Below are positions 47,074 to 62,900 of a stretch of DNA of 64,000 nucleotides, in pieces. The stretch is from a virus, in the IMG/VR virus record IMGVR_UViG_3300021958_000038. One strand, given 5' to 3'. The notes beneath the pieces were generated by a model, which saw only the letters and a list, made by a program, of their open reading frames with translations, was not told where the DNA came from and searched no databases. Position 1 is the first letter of the stretch, and the number at the start of each line of letters is the position of its first letter. Position numbers and translations under genes: made by a program.

Positions 47074-47651
47074 TTAGGTCCTTCAATCCAAACAACTAGA
47101 GATTTCCTTACGCCTTTTGTGACTGGTAAAACTCTATGTCTTATATATGATGGGAACATTATGGCGGTTCCCCTATTTCTTATTTCATTCGATGGTATAG
47201 CTGTAAATGAATCTTCAGTTTCAAATTCTCCACCTTGATAATCAGATGGGTCTGATAGTTGAATGCTTAAGCTTAATTTTCTATCTTCATTACTACCATT
47301 ACTTCCATACCAAGAGTCAACATGCCAATTATAATATCCTTTATCCTCAGCAGGATAGACAGTATATTGCATATCGTAAATATTAGTTAATTCGAAATTA
47401 AAACTTTGATTCCAACTATGAAATAGATTATATACTTCTTGTTTTACAGATTTTTCATAATCGTTTCTATCTTGCAACCAACCAGTAATAGAACTTCTAA
47501 CTCCAGTAGTATCAAGCTCGACATTAGGGTCGTGGCCAACACTAGCTGATTTTAATTCTAAATGATTGTCGCAATAGTTCACTAAATCATCACAAAATTG
47601 CTTTGAAAAATATTGGTCTTGGTACAACCAAGCCGGTACACTTACATTCAT
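47064..47651 (-). CDS. 2OG-Fe(II) oxygenase (prolyl-hydroxylase/PKHD-like superfamily)
   Basis: VRSS, YNWHVD (HxD), RKLSLSIQLSDP..YQGGEF, FPSYIRHRV.PVTKG.RKSLV.W. Confidence 0.9.
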   Translation of the reverse strand: MNVSVPAWLYQDQYFSKQFCDDLVNYCDNHLELKSASVGHDPNVELDTTGVRSSITGWLQDRNDYEKSVKQEVYNLFHSWNQSFNFELTNIYDMQYTVYPAEDKGYYNWHVDSWYGSNGSNEDRKLSLSIQLSDPSDYQGGEFETEDSFTAIPSNEIRNRGTAIMFPSYIRHRVLPVTKGVRKSLVVWIEGPNWK

Positions 47652-47656
47652 AATAT

Positions 47657-47664
47657 TATTTATA
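47657..47664 (-). promoter_or_regulatory. Late promoter TATAAATA for the oxygenase + GT/LH pair
   Basis: tataaata-atatt-atg. Confidence 0.72.
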
Positions 47665-47667
47665 CAG

Positions 47668-54597
<6,930 letters not shown>

Positions 54598-54633
54598 AGT
54601 TCCGTTTCACTCTCCACGGTTAATATATTAATC

Positions 54634-54641
54634 TATTTATA
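54634..54641 (-). promoter_or_regulatory. Late promoter TATAAATA for collagen fibre genes
   Basis: Exact TATAAATA, intergenic. Confidence 0.72.
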
Positions 54642-54652
54642 CGAAAAAGGGA

Positions 54653-57622
54653 TTAAGCTGTGATGCTATGGCAAATAACTTTAAATGTCATACTGTCAGC
54701 TGTAGCTGGAGTAGCAAGTAGTCTTACATTGCCTGAATCGATATCTGCATCAAAGACTGCTTCAGCATTAGCTGTAAAGATTGTACCATATTCTGCAATA
54801 TTAGCATCAGTACCATCGTGTACCATTAATACTTCAGTTGTATGATATGATGAGTCAGTAGAATTAGTTACTTGAATAGTATATCTTGCTGACCTGAATG
54901 AAGCTGCAGCAAATGAATGAATTGTCGCAACTGCTGTTGAACTTGTAGATGTGCTAGTAGTATCAATTTTATAATCACCAATCTCAGCTGAGTCTGAAAC
55001 ATCTATACTACCTGTTACGCCTATACTACCCGTTACGTCTATGCCTGATGAAGTGGTTTCTAACTTACCTGCATTATCATAATATAATTGTGTTTTTCCA
55101 TTGCTTACAAACCTAGCCATGTAGTCTGTACCTGAATTACCTGTAAGCTGAATTTCAGTTCCGTTTGTTCTAACTTCTAAAACTCCAGTGCCTTGTTCAC
55201 TTATTATTGAATTAGTTCCTGAGTGATAAATTTGTAAATCATCACTAGCACCTAATAAAATTTTATTATTATCGCCTAAATCTATATCTCCTGTACCAGT
55301 TATTGTACCAGTAGATATAGTTCCAGCTGAAATATTACCAGAAACTCCTAGAGCATTTGTACTAGGATTATATGTAAGATGGCCATCTGATAATCTTGCT
55401 TGTGAACCTGCTCCACTAGAATTTCCTCCACCGTTAGTGGCAGCAAAAGTAATATAATGAGTAGCATTACTTCCTGTTGCATAAACAGGAGTATTACTTG
55501 CTGTGCTAGCATTACCACTAAGAGTTCCAACAAAAATTGTTGATGCAGAAGCACCAATTGTTGTTGGCATTCTAGCATCACCTAATCTTCCACTATCAAT
55601 ATTTGAAGCAGCTATGCTACCAGTAATTGAGCCTGAGAAGTTGGCGTTACCACTTGAGTTAATTGTAAATCTAGAAGCAGTATTAGTTCCATCATAAACT
55701 GTAAATGTTCCATTGTTGTTTATGATTTGATAATCTGAATTATTATCTGTGTCTGTTAAGAAAATTTTAGGCTGTGTATTTTCTAGTGTTAAATTGCCAG
55801 TCGATTTAATTCCGTTATTAAAATCAAATCTGTCTGATGCGGATACGTAAGTTATAGTAGCATCAGTATCTGAACCACAATCAATTGTAATCCCAGCACC
55901 ATTCGCGGCTGTCTTATCTGCAGCACCATCTGCTAAAGTAATATTTAAATCATCAACAGTTAGAGTTGCTGTATTTAAAGTTGTGGTTGTACCATTTACT
56001 ACGAGGTTACCACCAAGAGTTAAGTTACCAGAAATATCAGCTGCACCATCAATATCAAGTGAATCCGCTTGTAATTCACCAGTGATATCTACACCGTCTG
56101 ATTTTGTGGCTAGTTTGGCTGATGCATCATAATATAAACTAGAAGCACCATTAGCATTACCTCTAAACATATATTCACCATCAGCAGACTGTAAAAATAA
56201 ATTTGTTCCTTTAATTATAAGAGAACCTGTACCAGACTCCGAAATAATTGACTGTCCTGTTGCACCATCATGATAAATTTCTAAATCATTACCTGTACCA
56301 AATTGTGCTTTAACATTATCAGGTAATGTTAAACCATTAGCATCTAAATATGATTCAACATCTGAGTCACCGTATTGAGCAACTCCAGTAATTTGTAAAG
56401 TACCAGCTGAATCATCATAGCTTAAGGTAATACCTGTACCTGCTGTTAATAAAGCTGCAACTCTGTCATCGACTCTTTCGTTAGTAAAATATAAATTACC
56501 ACTTTCTGGTACAATAGAAGTATTTAATGCAGCTGATATTGCTTGATTACTTCCATTACCAATAAAAATATCACCATCATCTAAATTAGGAACAGCATTA
56601 CTTCTTCCAGCACCCATAATAAATATGGACCCAGATGAATTATCTGACCTTGTGACCTTTGCTATTTTTTGTAATTTTGATGATTCACCTGTTGGTGCAG
56701 TAGATGTTAATGCACCCGCTGTAGTTGAAACAAATAATTCATCACCCAATGTAAATGCTGAAGTATCTAGACCAGATAAAGTACCAAAGGTAAAAATATC
56801 TCCAGTTGTACCAGACGTAATGTCAGTAGCAGCAACACCAAATGCAGGCATTTTATTTGCATCATCAGCATCAGCTTTAGAAACAATTGTTGTATTACCA
56901 TTAATACCTGAAATATAAACAACATCTCCTTTGGAGAGAGCTTCACCAGCCTGGGCCTTAAATAATATAGCACCTCGTAAGTCACCAATAAACTCGTTTG
57001 CTTCAACATCAAGTCCATCATTTAAGACAATACCGTCTGTGGTCACATCATAAATTGCTGTTCCGCCTACTTGGAATTGAAGAACACCAGTACCAACTTC
57101 ATTTATGATACTGTTTGAACCATTATGGAAAATTTCTAAATCACCATCGTTACCAAACTGTGCTTTAATATTATCGTTAAATAATAAGTTTGAGCCAGCA
57201 ACTACTGTTGATTTATAAGCTTGAATTTGTACAAGGTCGCCACTTGCAGCTGCAGAAGTTAGAACAACACTAGTTCCATTTGTTGCTGTAAAATCTGTTC
57301 CCCAATCAAGTAACAAACCATTTAGGTATACTGCTACTCTTGGAGGAGACCCTGTTGTATAAGATAGAGTATTACTATTATCGTCTGAACCAGAGAAAGA
57401 TGTTTGTGATGATGTAACTGAGTATTCATAAATTTGGAATGTATCAGCTAAATTATTAGCACCAACTTCAACGATAGATTCAGTACCACCAACACTTTTC
57501 TTAAGGAATAATTTACCATCGTAAGTATTGATGGCTAACTCACCTAAGTTTAATTGTGTTGTTGTTGGTACGGCATTCTGCGAAGCAGAACGTCTTAACC
57601 TAATATCGCTTTGACGTGCCAA
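54653..57622 (-). CDS. Virion fibre/structural protein (Mtd-N-like N-terminus), TTG start
   Basis: IRLRRS....PT...LNLGELAINT.DGKLF; Gly/Thr/Asp-rich beta repeats; AGGAG RBS before TTG. Confidence 0.75.
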   Translation of the reverse strand: MARQSDIRLRRSASQNAVPTTTQLNLGELAINTYDGKLFLKKSVGGTESIVEVGANNLADTFQIYEYSVTSSQTSFSGSDDNSNTLSYTTGSPPRVAVYLNGLLLDWGTDFTATNGTSVVLTSAAASGDLVQIQAYKSTVVAGSNLLFNDNIKAQFGNDGDLEIFHNGSNSIINEVGTGVLQFQVGGTAIYDVTTDGIVLNDGLDVEANEFIGDLRGAILFKAQAGEALSKGDVVYISGINGNTTIVSKADADDANKMPAFGVAATDITSGTTGDIFTFGTLSGLDTSAFTLGDELFVSTTAGALTSTAPTGESSKLQKIAKVTRSDNSSGSIFIMGAGRSNAVPNLDDGDIFIGNGSNQAISAALNTSIVPESGNLYFTNERVDDRVAALLTAGTGITLSYDDSAGTLQITGVAQYGDSDVESYLDANGLTLPDNVKAQFGTGNDLEIYHDGATGQSIISESGTGSLIIKGTNLFLQSADGEYMFRGNANGASSLYYDASAKLATKSDGVDITGELQADSLDIDGAADISGNLTLGGNLVVNGTTTTLNTATLTVDDLNITLADGAADKTAANGAGITIDCGSDTDATITYVSASDRFDFNNGIKSTGNLTLENTQPKIFLTDTDNNSDYQIINNNGTFTVYDGTNTASRFTINSSGNANFSGSITGSIAASNIDSGRLGDARMPTTIGASASTIFVGTLSGNASTASNTPVYATGSNATHYITFAATNGGGNSSGAGSQARLSDGHLTYNPSTNALGVSGNISAGTISTGTITGTGDIDLGDNNKILLGASDDLQIYHSGTNSIISEQGTGVLEVRTNGTEIQLTGNSGTDYMARFVSNGKTQLYYDNAGKLETTSSGIDVTGSIGVTGSIDVSDSAEIGDYKIDTTSTSTSSTAVATIHSFAAASFRSARYTIQVTNSTDSSYHTTEVLMVHDGTDANIAEYGTIFTANAEAVFDADIDSGNVRLLATPATADSMTFKVICHSITA

Positions 57623-57700
57623 TTTTGGCTTCTCCTATGTTCAATCTCTATATAGAGTTTATCTAAAATTTTTCACCCTGTATATACAGGAATTATATAG

Positions 57701-57708
57701 TATTTATA
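57701..57708 (-). promoter_or_regulatory. Late promoter TATAAATA (989-aa fibre)
   Basis: Exact TATAAATA abutting upstream stop. Confidence 0.68.
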
Positions 57709-59406
57709 TTAGTAGGTTCCGCCGTCAATTACTTCTGACGCTACAGGTACTCCTGAGGAATTAAATTGAACTACTTGTCCCTCTGTTCCAGTTATATAAC
57801 TGATTGCAGTACCACCTGCGTTTGATATAAAGACTGCATCACCTGTAAATGATGATACTCCAGTACCACCATGTGTTACAGCTAGGTCTGTTCCTAGTGT
57901 AACGCTTCCAGAGACATCCAAGTCTCCGTTTAAATCTAAGTTTGCATTTACTTCGACTTCGTTTGTATTTGAGTCAAGTATTAATTTACCTGATGTTGTT
58001 GTAATAGTATTGTCATCTGTAAGACCAACTGTAACAGCACCAAAGTCAGCACCTGTACCATATACGTTTCCAAATTCAGCATCATGCCATGGTGAGGAAG
58101 CATCTTCCCCTCCACTAAAGTCTTCATCTTTAGTAAATACGAATCTTTCAGTCTCATAATCAAAACCGAAGAAACCTTCTTTTACAGCTGAACCGTCATA
58201 CCATTTAAATCTAACACCACGGTCTTCACCATCATCTGATGATGTATTATTTGCCAATACCATGACTGGGTCATTTAATGTAACCTCAGTTGTATTAACA
58301 GAAGTAGTTGTTCCACTAACTGTTAAGTTACCAGTAACAATAACATTACCGCTAAGAGTTGGGTTAGAAACAATACCTACTGTGATTGTATCGCCTGATA
58401 CAGAAGTTTCAATCTCATTATTTGTACCAGAGATTCTAAGAGTGTCTGTACCTAATAGAACTCCATCGTCTGTTCCACTATCAGCTGCTAAATCAAGAGT
58501 TGTAGATATTGCTGCAGTTCCTGCATCAGTTAATCTACCTTGAGCGTCAACAGTAAATGTTGGAATTAAAGTAGCTGAACCGTATGAACCTGCTGATACT
58601 GCTGTATTGTCTAGATTAAATGTTACATCATCTCCAGTATTGGTTGATGTAATACCAGTTCCACCTAATAATTTTAATTTATCAGATGCTAATGATACAG
58701 TATTATCTGAAGCATCGTCTGATTGAATTGTTAATGATGTAGTAATAGAAGCTGTGCCAGCTGCTGTTAATCTACCTTGAGCATCTACTGTAAATGTTGG
58801 GATAGCTGTTGAGCTTCCGTATGAACCAGCTGTAACATCTGTGTTATCTAATACTATTGATAATCCATTACCTGATGCAGTTGATGTTAATCCTGTTCCA
58901 CCAGTAATTGCAAGAGTTTCAGAGTTTGTAATAGTTCCTGAACCACTATCGCCACTAAAGTCTAAGTCATAACCTACAGCAACCTCTGCGTCAACGTATT
59001 CTTTTACACCTTGTGCTGTAATAAGTTGTGCGTCAGTTGGTGAAGCTCCCATGGATGTTTCAATACTTGTAACTACTTGACCTGAGCCACCAGAAGCTTC
59101 TAATGCTAAGCTTCCAATATTTAATTCATTAATGTGTTTATTGCCGTTTACAATTAAAGCTTTATTTGCAGCTAATGTACCAGGTGTAACATCTTTTAAT
59201 AAATTTACGTAGTATAAACCACCAATTTCTACTACAGCTGACGCCACTCCACCTGATTCTGTACCTGTACCGATATATAATCTATCACCGTTGTTACCAA
59301 CAGTTCCGGTCACCCACGAGTATGCAAGCTCACCAGTTTTTAGATTAGCCGGGGCTGTGGTGGTTGACCCCGTATTTAAAATTTTCATTCTTGTTAATTT
59401 TGCCAC
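57709..59406 (-). CDS. Virion fibre/structural protein with internal repeat
   Basis: P.NLKTGELAYS N-terminus; two copies of V.AGSYGS.T.IPTFTVDAQGRLT.AGTA.I; C-terminal IDGGTY. Confidence 0.75.
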   Translation of the reverse strand: MAKLTRMKILNTGSTTTAPANLKTGELAYSWVTGTVGNNGDRLYIGTGTESGGVASAVVEIGGLYYVNLLKDVTPGTLAANKALIVNGNKHINELNIGSLALEASGGSGQVVTSIETSMGASPTDAQLITAQGVKEYVDAEVAVGYDLDFSGDSGSGTITNSETLAITGGTGLTSTASGNGLSIVLDNTDVTAGSYGSSTAIPTFTVDAQGRLTAAGTASITTSLTIQSDDASDNTVSLASDKLKLLGGTGITSTNTGDDVTFNLDNTAVSAGSYGSATLIPTFTVDAQGRLTDAGTAAISTTLDLAADSGTDDGVLLGTDTLRISGTNNEIETSVSGDTITVGIVSNPTLSGNVIVTGNLTVSGTTTSVNTTEVTLNDPVMVLANNTSSDDGEDRGVRFKWYDGSAVKEGFFGFDYETERFVFTKDEDFSGGEDASSPWHDAEFGNVYGTGADFGAVTVGLTDDNTITTTSGKLILDSNTNEVEVNANLDLNGDLDVSGSVTLGTDLAVTHGGTGVSSFTGDAVFISNAGGTAISYITGTEGQVVQFNSSGVPVASEVIDGGTY

Positions 59407-59624
59407 TAGTAAGTGCCTCCTATAATGTTAAGGTTATCGTTTTGTAATTCAGTAGTAACCTCATATTTTCCACTTGTTGCGTTGTAAATCATCATTACGC
59501 CATCTGATTGACCTGATGTATCTACGTCAGTTAAATCTCCAAGAGATATTTGAGCGGTTCCAATCTTTACAGTTTTTGCAACTATTTCTTTATTGTTTCT
59601 AACTTTAGCTTTTATATTTGCCAT
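59406..59624 (-). CDS. Small virion protein
   Basis: LGDLTDVD, GVMMIYNA, C-terminal IIGGTY shared with the neighbouring fibre. Confidence 0.65.
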   Translation of the reverse strand: MANIKAKVRNNKEIVAKTVKIGTAQISLGDLTDVDTSGQSDGVMMIYNATSGKYEVTTELQNDNLNIIGGTY

Positions 59625-59628
59625 TAGT

Positions 59629-59964
59629 TTACCTTGTTACTCCTGGTGTTATTTCAACTTGTCCTTCAACAATCCTTATAACTTCTTGAGTCGATGTATT
59701 TGTGATTTCTACATCATAAACATATCGTCCCGCTTTTATCGCATTAGTTTCAGTTGCTGTTAAAGCTATTCTTACAGTACCTAAACTAGCCGATTGAATA
59801 CTTGCGGTAAAATTAGTAGCTGTAGTAGATGAATATGTTCTTCTCATCTGACCGGCAGCTGTGTAACCAGTTAAGTTTAATGCGTCTCCATCAGCATCAG
59901 TAACATCAATGTCAGCTGAAAAGGAAGCGCCTTGGTCGATTACTAAATTTGATACTATCGCCAT
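59629..59964 (-). CDS. Small structural protein (BppU-N-like Ig-type adaptor)
   Basis: NLVIDQGASF, LNLTGYTAAGQMRR, GRYVYDVEI, RIVEGQVEITPGVT. Confidence 0.7.
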   Translation of the reverse strand: MAIVSNLVIDQGASFSADIDVTDADGDALNLTGYTAAGQMRRTYSSTTATNFTASIQSASLGTVRIALTATETNAIKAGRYVYDVEITNTSTQEVIRIVEGQVEITPGVTR

Positions 59965-59969
59965 ATCCT

Positions 59970-62900
59970 TTACCTATTATTTATATCTTTTAGGCTTTCA
60001 ATCTCAGCCCTTAATAATTTATTTTCTTCTTTTAATTCTTTAATTGCTTCAATAAACAATGCTGATAGTTGGTTATAATCTACATGCTTATTAATTTCTT
60101 CGCCGTCTCGTGTCTCAACTTCTCTTACTGCAGATGGTAATACCTTTTCTACATTTTGAGCAATAACACCAGCTGATGCTGTACCATCTTTCTTCCATGT
60201 AAATGTTACACCATCTAATTGGTCTACTAATTCTAGAGCCCCATCAATCTTTTGAATATTATCTTTTAATTTAACATCGGATGATACTGAAGTTGAGAAA
60301 GCAACAACGTCTCCATTTGCATGGAAGGTACCACCTTCATAAAAATCAAAGTCAGCTGAATCATCTAGATATAAAGTGATTCTATCAATTCCACCTGGGC
60401 CACCTGTGTTATCAAACTGTGCATAGGTATTACCAGAACCAACAAATACATCGATGTTATCGCCTTTTCTTTGGTCGTTTGATAAACTAATTTGTCCAGA
60501 GCCATTAATATCAATGCCTGTACCAGCTGAGTTTGTAGTTGCAGTACCTGAGTAAGCAACTTGTATTACTCCAGAAGAAGGTTGAGTTAAACTAATATCA
60601 GTACCTTCTCTAATACTAAGTGTCGCTGAACCTGATGCATTGTTATTATGTAAAAGTGTTCCACCTGAATTCTGTGTTCTAATATTTGAGAAAGCATCAC
60701 CGATTGTAGCATCTAATGTAATTTTATCTGTGGTATCTGTAATAGTAATACCTGAACCAGCATTAATTGTAAATGTATCTTGCTTGGCATCAGCTGTATG
60801 TAATGTACTATTAGTTCCATTATTTTGTGATTGTACTTTAGCAAATGTATTTTGGTTTATTTCAGCACCATCAGGAACATTAGGTAATCCTATATCGTCT
60901 TTAGTTAATGTTCTAGGTGTTACAGCCGCATTTGTAACTGAGCCAATATTGTCTGTTGTTAATGTTATGCCACCAACTACTTGAGCACCGGTTGTAGTAA
61001 AATTAACTGTCCTTGCTGTATATGTTGGGTGAGTATAGACTGTATTAGTATCAGTGGAATTAATTGTAATTGTATTACCGCTTTGTGATACTGATGCTGA
61101 ACCTGAAGCAGCAATTGTAATATCACCTGATTGGAAACTTCCGCCTGTGCCTTTAAGTCTTGTAACAGTATTAGTATCAGTGTTAGTATCTGACCATGGT
61201 ACGTTAACTACCAAGTCATTGTCTGAATCGAACTGAACTGGATATGTTCTGCCAGAAGTACTTGATGCAGAATTAGCTGCAACTGTTTGAGCAGTATCAC
61301 TAATTAAATTAACTTTTAACGTATTACCATTTAATACTAAACCTGCACCTGCAGCTCTTTGTGTATTAGTGTTTGTATCTGTCCATGGTACATTAACAAC
61401 TGCTTGTCCATCAGAGTTTAATTGTATACCGTAAGTTCTATTTGCTGTTGATGAAACAGAATTAGCAGCAACTGATTGGTCAGTATTTGAAAATAATTCA
61501 ATACCACCTCTTACTGTTGCTGTAGCTTCTGGTAATGAATAATTATTTGCATTTGCAGCAATACCATCAAGCTTATTTTTAAGAGTTGTGGTAAAGTTTT
61601 TCTGTGTTAATCCGCCATCACCTACTGAGTATGTTGTGTTCGTATCAGTAGATACAAATTCAAAAACACCACTTGAAGTCTCTGTAATGGTTACATTAGT
61701 TCCACCTACTAAATTAATATTACCAGTTCTATAAGTACCAGTATTATCTCTTCTTATTGATGTTACAGTGTCTGTATCAGTTGTAGAATATCTTCCATCT
61801 AAGTCTACAGTAACAGCTGCTAACCCGCCATTTCTGTTTAATGTTAAAACACCATTACCATTATTAAATGATGCACTTGTGACATAATAATTATCACTAG
61901 CTATAGTGCCCCAAGTCATTGTACCATCACCGTCGGATAGTAAAGCTTGGCCATTAGTACCATTTCCACTTACATTTAATTGTGCAGCTCCGATGGAGTT
62001 AGATACTATATTAAATAATAGTTGGTCATCTGCTGTAAATCTTGGTTCAATGTGTGAAGTATCGACAAAGGATAATGTATCACCTGAAGTAATAGTATAT
62101 GATGTTGGTGTACCAGCACCGTCTGATGCTGTCCATGAAACATAATTATCTCTATTTACCCAAGAGAATGTTCCATCACCATCAGACGCTAATACTTGGC
62201 CTGATGTTCCGTTTGCACCAACTTTAAGTTCTGATGCTCCAACGGTGTTTGCATCGATAGAAGCATTTAATACTACAGCACCTGAACCATTAAATGATAC
62301 ATTACTTGCTGTTATATCTCCAGAGATTGAGAAGTTTCTAGCCGTAGCTAATGTTGTTGCTGTTGTTGCATTACCAACAACGTCACCAGTAAATCCAACT
62401 GATGAATGCAATCTTTTATTAACTGTTAATCTTGTATTTCCATTATCCCAAGTTAATGTTGGTTTACTTGATGAAGCACCAAATGTTATTCCAGCTCCGT
62501 TTGTAGCAGCTAATGTACTTGCTCCAGAACCAACTGTAATGTTTAAGTCTTCAACATCAAGTGTCGCTGTATTTAAAGTTGTTGTGTCGCCTTGTACAAT
62601 TAAATCACCAGTAACTGTTAAGTCATTTCCAATTGTGACATCGTTTGGTAATCCTACTGTTACTGTACCAGCATTTTCTGCAACGGTTACTTCTGATGAA
62701 GTACCTTGAATGGTTAATGTTCCGCCTAATGCAACTGGAGATGTATTTGAGCCATCACTAATTGTAATTGATGAATTTGATAGTTTGTTATTCGCTATTG
62801 AACCAGCTAACATACTATTTTCTACAACACCAGTACCAATTGTAAGATTTACATTACTTACATTTCCAAGGTTAGTCATTGTATAACTACCAGAAACATC

